Positions 16,992 to 27,291 of a stretch of 64,000 nucleotides of DNA are shown here, piece after piece. Position numbers and translations under genes: made by a program. The notes under the pieces are model-generated. The model saw only the letters and a program-made list of their open reading frames with translations, ran no database searches and was not told the origin of the DNA. Origin of the DNA: an uncultured bacterium (GTDB lineage Bacteria > Fermentibacterota > Fermentibacteria > Fermentibacterales > JCC-6); the NCBI GenBank assembly GCA_964607515.1, contig CAZSKU010000003.1, forward strand, positions 72,175-136,174, given 5' to 3'. Each line of letters begins with the position of its first letter. Positions within the stretch are counted from its first letter, which is position 1.

Positions 16992-19180
16992 CGCCTTATC
17001 CTTTCGTATATCCAGACGGATCTCTGGACGTTCTTCACGTAAAGCCTTGTTTCCCTGAAGGTAATCTGCTCAATGAACATCTCCGGGTCATCCGGGTCCC
17101 ACCCGTGGGCCCGGACCCAGCGGGAGGCGTTTCCGGGGCCGGCGTTGTAGGCCGCCAGGAAGAGAGGGGAATGGCCGAAGCTGTTCATCTGTCTGTTTAC
17201 GTAAATACTTCCGTATCGCAGGGAGTTTTCCGGAACGTAGAAGTCCTCCCCCGAGAGCCGGGGCAGGTCGTACCATCGAGCCACGTCCCCGGCGGTGCCG
17301 GGCATCAGCTGAATGAGCCCCGCCGCCCCGGCGCCGGAACGGGCGAACCTGTTGAAGTAACTCTCATCCCGGGATATCCCCTCGATCCAGCAGGATTCCA
17401 CCGAAAGCCCCTCCACCGCCCGGACCACGTCCCGGTGGTAGGGCGACGGGAAGTACCAGCCCAGCATGCTGTCCGGCAGCATTCCCCGGTGGGCCTCTCG
17501 CAGCTCCGTGTCCCAGGAGCGCATCAGGCCTATGCCCGCGCCGTGCTGCCCCAGAATGCCCAGAGAGGCGGCCCGCATGCCGAGGTCCCCGGGCCCGTAA
17601 GTCAGCATCTCCACCGCCAGGGTTCCGTAACCCCGTCCGAAGAGGTCCATGGCGAGGGATGTCTCCGGGGAGTCCGCCAGCACCGGCGAAACCACCGTCA
17701 GTTCCAGAGGCGAAGGGATGCCCAGCCTCCGGGCCGCCAGCATGCCGTAGTACTCCCAGGGGTGTTCCCGGGCCACCTGGGCCAGAAGGGATGCCTCCCG
17801 GCCTTCGTCCCCTTTCCTGTCCGCATACCTGGCCCGCCAGAAGAGCATCTCGTCCCGCCAGTAGCCGTAGGGCCACAACTCCGTCGCCGCGGCCCAGAGG
17901 GAGTCGCCCGTGGCGCCCCTGCCGTTCATGTAGAGGCAGAACCCGCCCCTCCAGTGCCCCCTCTCGTCGGCCTCGAAGTCGGGATACGCCCGCAGGCCCG
18001 CCAGGTAAGCGTCCGCCCCGGGCCCCCACTGCTGCTCGCAGTCGTAGTAGACACCGGCCAGGTAGCCTGCTTCGGATGCTGTGGGATGCCAGGGGTAGAG
18101 CCGGGCGAACTCCGAATAGGCGGCCCAGGCGTCGGCGGTGCGGTTAAGGCTTCTGAGCGCCCGGGCCCTGAACAGGGCGGCCCTGGCCCGAAGCTGCTCC
18201 GATGCTTCCGAACCCGTGGAGCCGCAGAGGCTAAGCAGTTCGGAGTGCCTGCCCAGGGCTCTGAGTCTGGCCATCTCCACCCCCAGGGCGAACTCGCCGC
18301 CCCGAGAGGAGGCGATCCGGTCGGCCATGGAACCCATGCCGTTTTCATAGAGTATGTCCGCCACCCGCCAGTCCGTCCGGTCGGGATACTTGGAGGCAAG
18401 CATCTCCGCTGCGATCACCCGCATGCCTGGGTTGTCCAGCATGGCGGTCCACTCCTCCAGGCCGCCGGCGTTCCGGGCTTTCATCCGGGCAGCGTGAAGC
18501 CGGGCTCCCTCGGGGGTGGAAAGCCCCGGATCCAGAAGCTTCAGGGCGTTGTCCCACCACTGTTCGGGGCTGTTTACGGCCAGACTGAGTTCCTCCCGTA
18601 CCCTGGTAGCCAGGGTTGCCGGGAACAGCTGGGCGTCCTGGGCCGCGGCCGTTATCTGGGCCGGGGTAAGGGTTCCGCCTCCGGCCATGATCACCCTCAC
18701 GGTTCTCTCAGCGGGCCCCTCCGGGGACGGGGTCACCCCGGGGGAAAGGGTCTCGAGGGAATCACGCCGGAGCCACGCCTCCAGAAGACGGTCTCCGGCG
18801 GCCAGGGGCAGGGCGGAGTTCCCCATCCTGTTCAGTTCCATCACCGAGACCTTCCATCCGGTAAGGTCTCCCCATCCCGCCCGGGAGAGGCTGTCCAGCA
18901 CCTCCAGGCACCGTACCGGAAGCCCCCGGCCGTGGTAGCACCCCGCGAACCTCCAGAGAAAATCACCCCGGAGACCCGCAGGGCTCTCCAAGTTCCGCCA
19001 GAGCTCCCTAAGCTCCCTCACCGCCTGGTCCTGCATGCCCACCTGTATCAGGGAGTCGACGGTGCTGAAGGGGCTGGTCCTGCCGGGCAGGGTGTTCTCT
19101 CCGGCGTCGTTCTCCTCGGAAACCACCCGGCAGCCGGATCCGAGCCACACCGCCAGGGAAATCAGGAATAGAAACCTCAA
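16988..19180 (-). CDS. soluble lytic murein transglycosylase (Slt70-like: superhelical N-domain + SLT catalytic domain)
   Basis: Signal peptide; C-terminal catalytic motif ...ISRDESYFNRFARSGAGAAGLIQLMPGTAGD...AYNAGPGN (E-S family-1 lytic transglycosylase). Confidence 0.75.
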   Translation of the reverse strand: MRFLFLISLAVWLGSGCRVVSEENDAGENTLPGRTSPFSTVDSLIQVGMQDQAVRELRELWRNLESPAGLRGDFLWRFAGCYHGRGLPVRCLEVLDSLSRAGWGDLTGWKVSVMELNRMGNSALPLAAGDRLLEAWLRRDSLETLSPGVTPSPEGPAERTVRVIMAGGGTLTPAQITAAAQDAQLFPATLATRVREELSLAVNSPEQWWDNALKLLDPGLSTPEGARLHAARMKARNAGGLEEWTAMLDNPGMRVIAAEMLASKYPDRTDWRVADILYENGMGSMADRIASSRGGEFALGVEMARLRALGRHSELLSLCGSTGSEASEQLRARAALFRARALRSLNRTADAWAAYSEFARLYPWHPTASEAGYLAGVYYDCEQQWGPGADAYLAGLRAYPDFEADERGHWRGGFCLYMNGRGATGDSLWAAATELWPYGYWRDEMLFWRARYADRKGDEGREASLLAQVAREHPWEYYGMLAARRLGIPSPLELTVVSPVLADSPETSLAMDLFGRGYGTLAVEMLTYGPGDLGMRAASLGILGQHGAGIGLMRSWDTELREAHRGMLPDSMLGWYFPSPYHRDVVRAVEGLSVESCWIEGISRDESYFNRFARSGAGAAGLIQLMPGTAGDVARWYDLPRLSGEDFYVPENSLRYGSIYVNRQMNSFGHSPLFLAAYNAGPGNASRWVRAHGWDPDDPEMFIEQITFRETRLYVKNVQRSVWIYERIRR

Positions 19181-19273
19181 CTGAAGACCTCCGGAAAGGG
19201 TTCCACGGGCACCCGTCCAACCGTTCCGAAAAATACCGGGGCCGGGAGAGGAATCAAAGCCGTCCGCCGTTCT

Positions 19274-20758
19274 TCAGTGCAGGAAGTGTCTCACCCCGGT
19301 GAACACCATGGCAACTCCGTGACGGTTGCAGGCTTCGACCACCTCCGGATCCCGGATGGAGCCACCCGGCTGGACGATGGCCCTGACACCCGCCTTCGCC
19401 GCCGCCTCGGGGGCGTCGCTGAAGGGGAAGAAGGCGTCGCTGGCCAGCACCGAACCGGACAGGTCGTTACCCTCCCTCAAGGCTCTCCGGACCGCCAGGT
19501 CCAGGCTCTCCAGCCGGCTGGGCTGCCCTATGCCGATTCCCAGGGTCCCCTTCTGGTCGCCTATCACTATGGCGTTGCTCCTGACACCCTTCACCACCCG
19601 CCAGGCCAGGTCCAGCGCCTCCATCTCCCCGGGTCCGGGCTCCCTGGCGGTCACCACGGTCCATCTGTCCGGCCGCTCCAGGGAGCCGTCCTGTTCCTGG
19701 ATCAGCAGCCCGCCCCAGATGCTCTTCACCGAGGGACCAGTGTCCCTTCCCGGCGCCAGGCGTATCACCCGAAGGTTCTTCCTCCGGGACAGCCTGTTCA
19801 GGGCATCCTCCCGGTAGTCGGGGGCAATTATCACCTCCAGGAAGAGGTCCTTGAGCCTGGCGGCGAGTTCCCCGTCCACCGTCCCGTTGCACGCAAGAAT
19901 GCCGCCGTAGGGGCTCTGCCGGTCGGACCTGAAGGCGTTTTCAAAGGCTTCGCACAGTGTTTCACCCACACCGACTCCACATGGGTTGCCGTGCTTCAGG
20001 AGCACCACCCCGGCCATGTCCGGGGGAAGGTCCGCCGCCAATGCGCAGGCGGCCGAAGCATCGGCATAGTTGTTGTAGCTCATGGTCCGGCCTCCGGGAA
20101 TCGCCACCCCGGCAAAGCCCCTGGGGGGTTCTGTGAAATGGATCCTTGCCTTCTGGTGGGGATTCTCGCCGTACCTGAGCTCCGGAGCGAACCCCTCCTC
20201 CAGCTTCAGAGCCACCTGAAGGTCGTAGTCCGAGGTGAGGCTGAAGGTCCTGGCGGCCATTCTTCTGCGGAACTCCGGAGTGTTGCCGCCGGCCTCCAGG
20301 GTCCGGAGCACCTCCGGGAAACAGCCGATCCCCAGGGCACTCACCACGTGAACCCAGTTTTTAGCCGCGGCCCGGGCCATGGTGGGCCCTCCCACGTCCA
20401 CCAGCTCCACGGTCTCCCTGGAATCCGGAGGAAGGTTCCCGGCTCTGTGGAACGGGTACAGGTCCACCGCCACCAGGTCGAACACCGGCTGTCCAGAGGC
20501 TCGCATCCGCTCCCGGTCATCTCCGTCCGCCAGGATGGCCGCGTGCAGGGCGGGGTGCAGGGTCTTGACCCGCCCCCCAAGCATGGAGACTATCCCGGTG
20601 AGAGTCTCGGTGGGAGTCACCGGAACACCCGCCGCTTCCAGGACCCCGGCGGTGCCGCCGGATGCGAATATCCTGTAACCGGATCGGTGGAGCCCCCCGG
20701 CAAATTCCTCCAGCCCGGTCTTGTCGTAAACGCTGATCAGCGCAGCCCTATCCATGGT
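19274..20758 (-). CDS. purH: bifunctional AICAR formyltransferase / IMP cyclohydrolase
   Basis: MDRAALISVYDKTGLEEFA... MGS-like N-domain and AICARFT C-domain; start placed at MDRAAL (ATG 20756-20758); the longer ORF-track start to 20812 overlaps nadE. Confidence 0.85.
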   Translation of the reverse strand, partial: TMDRAALISVYDKTGLEEFAGGLHRSGYRIFASGGTAGVLEAAGVPVTPTETLTGIVSMLGGRVKTLHPALHAAILADGDDRERMRASGQPVFDLVAVDLYPFHRAGNLPPDSRETVELVDVGGPTMARAAAKNWVHVVSALGIGCFPEVLRTLEAGGNTPEFRRRMAARTFSLTSDYDLQVALKLEEGFAPELRYGENPHQKARIHFTEPPRGFAGVAIPGGRTMSYNNYADASAACALAADLPPDMAGVVLLKHGNPCGVGVGETLCEAFENAFRSDRQSPYGGILACNGTVDGELAARLKDLFLEVIIAPDYREDALNRLSRRKNLRVIRLAPGRDTGPSVKSIWGGLLIQEQDGSLERPDRWTVVTAREPGPGEMEALDLAWRVVKGVRSNAIVIGDQKGTLGIGIGQPSRLESLDLAVRRALREGNDLSGSVLASDAFFPFSDAPEAAAKAGVRAIVQPGGSIRDPEVVEACNRHGVAMVFTGVRHFLH

Positions 20759-21500
20759 CCCGGAACCACCTTTCCGCGTCGAAGTGCGGTATCGGCGCAC
20801 GTTTATGGGCACTGGCGCCGTGAAGCCTTCCTATAATCCCGGCAGCCTCGGGGGAAACCGACCCGGGCCCTTCCGTGAAGTATTCCCGGATATCCCTGTA
20901 GGTTACCCCCATCTCCCCTTCGTCGCTCTGCCCCGGCCAGAGACCCGCCGAGGGCACCCTTGCGGTCACCCATTCCGGAAGGTTCAGGGTTTCAGCCAGT
21001 TTCAGCACCTGGTCCTTGTACAGGTCAAGCAGGGGGTGGAAGTCCGCCACCCCGTCCCCCCACTTGGTCCAGTACCCGGCAAGGTACTCCGACCGGTTCG
21101 ATGTGCCGGCTACCAGCCGGCCCCGGGAATGGGCGTAAAGAACGGCCATCCTGAGCCGGGCCTTGAGATTACCCATCATCAGGGTGTCCGACCGGTCCAG
21201 TTCCGCGGCCCTGACCAGTTCCCCGAAGGGAGCCTCCAGGTCCACGGTGCTGCTGTGGATTCCCAGGAACCCGGCGATCCTCCGGCCGTCCCGCAGGTCG
21301 TCCGGGTGGTTCCCGCAGGGCATCATGATCCCCAGCACGTTGTCTCCCCCCAGGGCTTCGGCGCACAAGGCGGCGCTCACACAGCTGTCCAACCCGCCGC
21401 TGAGCCCCAGAACAACACGGTTCAGCCCGGCTCCGGCAACCGTTCCGGCAATCCAGTCAGAAATGGCCCGGGCCAGCCGGCCGTATTCCTGTTCCATCAT
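20748..21500 (-). CDS. nadE: NH3-dependent NAD+ synthetase
   Basis: PP-loop LGLSGGLDS; NadE-like length of 250 aa. Confidence 0.85.
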   Translation of the reverse strand: MMEQEYGRLARAISDWIAGTVAGAGLNRVVLGLSGGLDSCVSAALCAEALGGDNVLGIMMPCGNHPDDLRDGRRIAGFLGIHSSTVDLEAPFGELVRAAELDRSDTLMMGNLKARLRMAVLYAHSRGRLVAGTSNRSEYLAGYWTKWGDGVADFHPLLDLYKDQVLKLAETLNLPEWVTARVPSAGLWPGQSDEGEMGVTYRDIREYFTEGPGSVSPEAAGIIGRLHGASAHKRAPIPHFDAERWFRDHG

Positions 21501-23533
21501 CCCCCGCTCCTGTCCGGAACCGGCGTAAGGGTCAGGCGTCTGAGGAGCGGATCCGCCTCCAGAACCGCCACGGACAACTGCATTCCGGGCCGGCCTCCCT
21601 GAAAAAGCTTCACCGGGGCCCTTCTCAGGACCGGCCCCGGAATGAAACCCTCGACGGGCACGTCCAGCAGCCTGACGAAAACACCGAAGTCCTTCACGTC
21701 ACTCACCATACCTTTGAAAACCGAGCCCCGCCGTTCCGAGAGGAACAGCAGGGCCATGAGTTCCACCGAGTCCCACTCGGACTGGGCCGCCCGGCGCTCC
21801 AGGCTGCTGCACCAGTCCGCCAGGGGACCGAGATTAACGTCGGTTTCAGCCATCCCGGTCTTTTCGTACCGGGCCAGCGCCTGGTGTACAATGAGATCGG
21901 GGTACCGGCGGATCGGGCTGGTGAAGTGCATATAGCTGTCAAGGGCAAGACCGTAGTGCCCCTGGTTCACCGGCCAGTACACCGCCTTCTGCAGGGCCCT
22001 CAGGGACGCGTCCCGGATGAGGGGCCACTCCGGCAGCTTTCTCGCCCTGGTGAGCATCACGGCGTAATCCACCGGTTCGGGCACCCCCCTTCCGCCGAAA
22101 CCGAGCCCCAGCGGCGAAAGCATGTTCCTGAGGTTGTCCATGGAATCCGGGGTGGGTTCGCCGTGAACCCGGTACAGCACCGGCAGATCCAGCCAGCGAC
22201 AGTAGTCGGCTACCGCCCGGTTGGCCTCCACCATGAAGTTCTCGATCATCCCGTGGGCCATGTCGTCGGGCACCGGGTCGAAACCCTCCGGCATGCCGTC
22301 GCCGCCGAACCTGGTGCGGAACTCCGCGGAACCCAGGTCAAGCGCCCCCCGGGCGACCCCGGCGGCCTCCAGGGTGCAGTTGAGCCGGGTCACCCCGGCG
22401 AAGAAGGCCTCCAACTCGGGATCTCCGGTGTAGTCGCCCTTCATAAGGTCCAGGGCCTGCTCGTATGTAAGTCTGCGTCGGGAGCGGATCACCGAGGGGG
22501 CGACGGAGAAGTCCGTCCTCCTTCCGGATCCGTCGTACTCCAGGAAAACCGTGCGGGTCAACCGGTCCTGATCGGGACGAAGGCTGCAGGCGCCGTTGGA
22601 AAGAACCTCCGGAATCATGGGAATAACCCGGTCGGGCAGGTACACGCTGGTGCCCCGGGCTCTCGCCTCGGCGTCCACGGGAGAACCGGGGGGAACGTAG
22701 AAAGCCACGTCGGCGATGTGGACTCCCAGGCGGAACCCGCCTCCGGGCAGTTCCTCCACGGATACGGCATCGTCGAAATCCCTGGCGTCCACCGGATCCA
22801 CGGTCACCGTGAACAGGCCCCTCAGGTCGGTTCTGTCGCCGGAACTCCATGCGGCCATTGCGGAACGCTCCGCCTCCTCCAGAACTTCTCCGGAAAACTC
22901 CCCGGGAAGACCTCGATCGGTGCACACCGAGTCTATCAGGACGGAAGGGGAGCCATGTTCGCCCAGAGAAGCCTCCATAAGCGCCCTGGGCCTTGCCCCG
23001 CCGAAGTTCAGAGTTCCGGTGACGATTGAACCCGCCCGGGGCTCCTCTTCCGGAGTCTCCATAGGGATGCCCCGGGGGAACCGGGGATCCACAGGGTCCA
23101 GCACCCACCCGTCCCCTGCCCGCCTTGCCACTCCGGCGATTGCGGCCTGTGCCCGGACCAGGATTTCCTCCACCCGGCCCCGGTAGCTGCGAAGGTCGGG
23201 AAGGGGTTCGAGAACCCTCACGAGAACCCTGTCGCCGTGCCAGGCGCCCCGGGTGTCACGGGGTTCGATGTTCACCTGCCCGCCGTTCTCCAGCCGGACC
23301 CGGGCTGAACCGTCGGTTCTGGCGATCAGCTCCCCGGCGGCCATGCCAAGGGTCTCAAGCAGGGCGTAGGCGCCCTTTCCCGTGCGCCGGACCCGGCCTG
23401 ATCTGATCAGTTCCTCCAGGGCTCCGTCCAGATCTCTGCATTCCTCGGGAAGTCTTTTCCGGAGCGCCTTGAGGTCCAGCCTGGCACCGCCCTCCAGCAG
23501 GCTCAGGATTGCCGCCGGGGTGTCAACGGGCAT
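21497..23533 (-). CDS. rnr: ribonuclease R (RNB family 3'-5' exoribonuclease)
   Basis: N-terminal HTH/cold-shock region, RNB catalytic core, C-terminal S1 domain (FKGMVSDVKDFGVFVRL). Confidence 0.85.
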   Translation of the reverse strand: MPVDTPAAILSLLEGGARLDLKALRKRLPEECRDLDGALEELIRSGRVRRTGKGAYALLETLGMAAGELIARTDGSARVRLENGGQVNIEPRDTRGAWHGDRVLVRVLEPLPDLRSYRGRVEEILVRAQAAIAGVARRAGDGWVLDPVDPRFPRGIPMETPEEEPRAGSIVTGTLNFGGARPRALMEASLGEHGSPSVLIDSVCTDRGLPGEFSGEVLEEAERSAMAAWSSGDRTDLRGLFTVTVDPVDARDFDDAVSVEELPGGGFRLGVHIADVAFYVPPGSPVDAEARARGTSVYLPDRVIPMIPEVLSNGACSLRPDQDRLTRTVFLEYDGSGRRTDFSVAPSVIRSRRRLTYEQALDLMKGDYTGDPELEAFFAGVTRLNCTLEAAGVARGALDLGSAEFRTRFGGDGMPEGFDPVPDDMAHGMIENFMVEANRAVADYCRWLDLPVLYRVHGEPTPDSMDNLRNMLSPLGLGFGGRGVPEPVDYAVMLTRARKLPEWPLIRDASLRALQKAVYWPVNQGHYGLALDSYMHFTSPIRRYPDLIVHQALARYEKTGMAETDVNLGPLADWCSSLERRAAQSEWDSVELMALLFLSERRGSVFKGMVSDVKDFGVFVRLLDVPVEGFIPGPVLRRAPVKLFQGGRPGMQLSVAVLEADPLLRRLTLTPVPDRSGG

Positions 23534-24287
23534 CGGTCATGCTTTCCAGGGCGGCCCATCCGTCGCTGCCGGGAAGGGCTTCCACCCTCAACAGACATCC
23601 CGCCCGGCCTGCAAGCCCTCCCGCGGCGTGAATGACGCTGTCGGCCATCTCGCTTCCCGGAAGCATCGGCTCCCCTGCTCCAGCGGGTCTGCTCCAGCTC
23701 ACCTTCACCATGCCGTTGCCGCCGGATCCGGCCACGGTGCCGGCGCCCCCCAGGGAAAGCACGGCCCAGGCTCCCATCCCCACCAAGGCTCCGAAGGCCG
23801 AGGAGGGTTCGCGGTTTTCGGGAATCGGAAGGCTTTCGAGCCGTTTGAGACCGTCGGTAGCGATACTCCTGCCGCAGGCCAGGGCTATGAACCTGGCCAG
23901 CCGGGAAAGAGGCGACGGGTCGCTGGCGGCCTTGTCGAGGTTGGGGTGGGTGGCCTCTGACAGATCCCTGAGGAATCTGGTGACCCCTCCCGCGGACTCC
24001 GCCGCCTCCCGGACCTTCGGAACCGCCCGGGCGATGTTGTCGGGAAGAAACATCGAGGCCAGCTCCGTATTGCCAAGGACTCCCACCAGCATGTTGTTGA
24101 TGTTGTGAATGTGGTAGGGGAGCAGGAGTCCGAGAAAGGCGTTGGCGGTCAGCCTCTGGTTTCCCGGCTCCGCCGCGGCCCTTACAACCGGAATCATCGC
24201 GGGCTGCGCGGCCCTGGTGAAAATGCCCGGGATGTCCGTCCGTCCGATGCCGATGGTCAGACCGTCGGAGGTCTCGAAGGCGTTCAT
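23523..24287 (-). CDS. hypothetical protein (no recognisable domain)
   Basis: ORF sits between rnr and rarA with ATGA-type overlap to rarA if started at MNAFETSDG (ATG 24285-24287). Confidence 0.45.
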   Translation of the reverse strand: MNAFETSDGLTIGIGRTDIPGIFTRAAQPAMIPVVRAAAEPGNQRLTANAFLGLLLPYHIHNINNMLVGVLGNTELASMFLPDNIARAVPKVREAAESAGGVTRFLRDLSEATHPNLDKAASDPSPLSRLARFIALACGRSIATDGLKRLESLPIPENREPSSAFGALVGMGAWAVLSLGGAGTVAGSGGNGMVKVSWSRPAGAGEPMLPGSEMADSVIHAAGGLAGRAGCLLRVEALPGSDGWAALESMTDAR

Positions 24288-25609
24288 ACCTCCCCCTTCC
24301 GCCTGGCGGCGCTGCGCCGGTTCATCCATTGCTCCAGCGTCTCCCGGAGCCTCTCCTCTCTGCCCCGGTCTCCGGGAAGGTATATCCGCTGTTCCGGAAG
24401 ACCGTCAGGAAAGTTAGAGTGGGTGACCGTGCCGTCCTCCACCTCGTGGGCGTACTGATAGCCCTTCCCGTAATCCAGTTCCTTCATGAGCCCCGTGGGC
24501 GCGTTCCTCAGGTGCAGGGGCACCGGAAGGCTGCCCTGCCCCCTGGCAAGTTCCACGGCCCGTCCCCATGCGGTGTACACTGAGTTGGACTTGGGAGCCA
24601 TGGCCAGGTAGATCACCGCCTCCGCCAGGGCCAGATCCCCCTCGGGGGAACCCAGGAAGCGGTAGCAGTCCACCGCCCTCATGGCCACGGTGAGCGCCGC
24701 CGGGTCCGCCATGCCCACGTCCTCCACGGCGAATCGGACCACACGCCTTCCGATGTAGAGGGGATCGTCGCCGGAATCCATCATTCTGGCCAGCCAATAC
24801 AGGGATGCATCGGGGTCGCTGGACCTCATGGACTTGTGCAGCGCGCTGATGTGGTTGTAGTGCTCTTCGCCGCTCTTGTCGTACAACAGCGGCGCCGACT
24901 GGAGAACGGACCGGGCTGACTCCACGGTCACCGGTCCGATGCCGGCGCTGCCCGCCACGGTCTCCAGCAGATTCAGCGCCCGCCGGGCGTCGCCGTCCGC
25001 GGCGAGAGCCAACACTCTCACAGCTTCCGGCGGAACCTCCGCCGGGTAACGCTCACGGTACGACCGATGGCCGGTCGCCCTGTCCAGAAGAAGCCGCAGG
25101 GCATCCACTCCCAGGGGACGCAGAACGTAGACCGAGCATCTGCTCAGCAGAGGGGCGTTGATGTAGAAGGAAGGGTTTTCCGTGGTTGCGCCGCAGAGCC
25201 GGATGGTTCCGTTCTCCACATGAGGGAGGAAGGCGTCCTGCTGGGCTCTGTTGAAACGGTGTATCTCGTCCACGAAGAGCATGGTCGAGCCCCCGGTCCT
25301 CCTCAGCTGACCGGCCGCGGCCACTATCTTCCTCACGTCCGCCACCCCCCCGGTGACCGCGCTGAACCGTACGAAGTTCTCCCCCACCCGGGAAGCCACC
25401 GCCAGGGCCAGGGTGGTCTTGCCGGTCCCGGGAGGACCCCAGAGGATGAAGGAACCCAGGGACCCGGTATCCACAGCTGCACGGAAGGGTGCTCCCGGGG
25501 CCAGGAGGTGATCCTGCCCCAGGATCTCGTCGAGGTTCCCGGGTCTCAGGGCCTCCGCCAGCGGAACGCCGGCGGGGCTTTCGAAGAGTGTGCCGCACAT
25601 GAAGGACAT
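24284..25609 (-). CDS. rarA: replication-associated recombination protein A (AAA+ ATPase RarA/MgsA)
   Basis: Walker A WGPPGTGKTTLA, Walker B MLFVDEIHRFN, MgsA C-terminal domain. Confidence 0.9.
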   Translation of the reverse strand: MSFMCGTLFESPAGVPLAEALRPGNLDEILGQDHLLAPGAPFRAAVDTGSLGSFILWGPPGTGKTTLALAVASRVGENFVRFSAVTGGVADVRKIVAAAGQLRRTGGSTMLFVDEIHRFNRAQQDAFLPHVENGTIRLCGATTENPSFYINAPLLSRCSVYVLRPLGVDALRLLLDRATGHRSYRERYPAEVPPEAVRVLALAADGDARRALNLLETVAGSAGIGPVTVESARSVLQSAPLLYDKSGEEHYNHISALHKSMRSSDPDASLYWLARMMDSGDDPLYIGRRVVRFAVEDVGMADPAALTVAMRAVDCYRFLGSPEGDLALAEAVIYLAMAPKSNSVYTAWGRAVELARGQGSLPVPLHLRNAPTGLMKELDYGKGYQYAHEVEDGTVTHSNFPDGLPEQRIYLPGDRGREERLRETLEQWMNRRSAARRKGEV

Positions 25610-25657
25610 TATAGAAAGGCTCGAAAGAAATCGCTAATACGCTGCGGAAAAGGGAAG

Positions 25658-25682
25658 GGGGCGCAGAAGCGCCCCCTTCAGG
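25658..25682 (-). terminator. GC hairpin GGGGGCGC-AGAA-GCGCCCCC downstream of the lipoprotein gene
   Basis: Perfect 8-bp GC stem directly 3' of the 25698 stop on the minus strand. Confidence 0.5.
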
Positions 25683-25697
25683 AAAACTGCCCTCAAC

Positions 25698-26690
25698 CTA
25701 TATCCGGGGAGGCTGCTGCACCTGCTGCATAAGTCCCTGGAGCATCATGGCGGCGGGGATGGTCTGGGTGGCGGGCCCTGGCATGAGGTCTTCGGCCCCC
25801 TCCATAGCGAACCCGGTCACGAAGATCGTTCCCCCCTCCTCGGCGGGATCAATGGGATCCACGGAAGCTTCAGCCAGCGGGAAAATCGGGAGTTCGCTGC
25901 TGAAGGCCAGGCTTATGGTGCCTTCGTCGGGGTGGGTGATCGCCAGGGTGACGCAACCCATGTTCCGGCCGCCGACGGCGATCTCTTCATGGTCCAGAAG
26001 GAACTCCGCCTCCTGGACCTGGTCCATGAACTCCTGGAACTCGGGATCCGGCTCAGCGTTCATGCCGGCGGTGGCCTGGCTGAACAGATCCGGGTTTTCG
26101 GCGATCATCTGTTCCACCAGTTCCGGAACGCCGGCCATGTCCAGGGCTATGATCTGCTCGCCGTCCTTGATACGCACCATCTTGATGGCACGGATCATGG
26201 TGAGCATCCGCTCCGGGTCGTCCCGGGGGATGAAGAGGGCCGAGGGGTCGCCGCCCTCGAGGTTGGCCTGGATCCATTCGGACGGGTCGTCGCCCATCTC
26301 CCGCATGAAATCCTGCATCTCGACCCGGAGACCGTCGAACATTGCCTGGTCCACGAGAACCTGGATAACGTTGTCCTCCAAGGAGAACTGGTACCACAGG
26401 CAGGTCACGCCCTGCACATCCTCGCTGCTGATCACGGCCACCGACATCTCCCCCTCGGAGGTGTCGCTGCCGTAGGAAATCCACTGTCCCGGGGCGGGTG
26501 CGGGCATCTCGTCCATCACCGCCACGAAGTCCTCCGAGGCTTCACCGAGCACCACGTCCAAATCGCCGCTCACGGGCTCATCCGCCGGGGGGGTTTCGGG
26601 GGTCGCCGGAACCGGCTCCTCCCCGCAACCCGACGTCCACAGCGCCGCGGCAAGCACCAGCAGCAGCGGCATCGTCCTTCTGAGAACCAT
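25698..26690 (-). CDS. hypothetical acidic lipoprotein
   Basis: Lipobox signal MVLRRTMPLLLVLAAALWTSGCGEE; the N-terminal 49 residues of the ORF-track call look non-coding. Confidence 0.55.
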   Translation of the reverse strand: MVLRRTMPLLLVLAAALWTSGCGEEPVPATPETPPADEPVSGDLDVVLGEASEDFVAVMDEMPAPAPGQWISYGSDTSEGEMSVAVISSEDVQGVTCLWYQFSLEDNVIQVLVDQAMFDGLRVEMQDFMREMGDDPSEWIQANLEGGDPSALFIPRDDPERMLTMIRAIKMVRIKDGEQIIALDMAGVPELVEQMIAENPDLFSQATAGMNAEPDPEFQEFMDQVQEAEFLLDHEEIAVGGRNMGCVTLAITHPDEGTISLAFSSELPIFPLAEASVDPIDPAEEGGTIFVTGFAMEGAEDLMPGPATQTIPAAMMLQGLMQQVQQPPRI

Positions 26691-26748
26691 TCCTTCTCCT
26701 TTCATGGAAGACATGCAGGGTCTGCAGTCGGTTTCCTCAGCCACGGGC

Positions 26749-27291
26749 CTACTCGTCCACCTCGATCTCCAGCAGAGCGTAGACCGGAAGACCCGTTTCC
26801 CTGAGCCTGGAACTACCTCCCAGGGTGCGAAGGTCAATTATGAAAGCGGCGGCAACGGGAGCCGATCGGTCCATCCTGATCAGCTCCGCCGCCGCGGCGG
26901 CGCTGCCTCCGGTGGCCACAAGGTCGTCCACCAGCAGCACCCTGCTGCCCCGGGGAACCGCGTCGACGTGCATTTCCACGGCGCCGCTTCCGTATTCCAG
27001 TGTGTATTCCCTCCTGTGGGTCCTGGCGGGAAGCTTGCCCGGCTTCCTGACGAGAATCAGGGGCAGGTTGCGCCGGGCGGCCAGAACCGCCCCGAATACG
27101 AATCCCCTGGACTCTATCGCCGCCACGGCGTCGTACTCCAGGTCTCCCAGCATCTCCTCGAGCCGTGAAACCGCGTCGTTCAGGGCGCCCGGGCGGGTAA
27201 GCAGGGTGGTTATATCCTTGAACTGGATTCCGGGAATGGGGAAATCCGGAACATTCCTTATGAGCCCCGCCAGTTCTTCAACTGTGTGCAT
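26749..27291 (-). CDS. apt: adenine phosphoribosyltransferase
   Basis: MHTVEELAGLIRNVPDFPIPGIQFKDIT... and PRPP-binding VLLVDDLVATGGS; the N-terminal ORF extension is discarded. Confidence 0.85.
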   Translation of the reverse strand: MHTVEELAGLIRNVPDFPIPGIQFKDITTLLTRPGALNDAVSRLEEMLGDLEYDAVAAIESRGFVFGAVLAARRNLPLILVRKPGKLPARTHRREYTLEYGSGAVEMHVDAVPRGSRVLLVDDLVATGGSAAAAAELIRMDRSAPVAAAFIIDLRTLGGSSRLRETGLPVYALLEIEVDE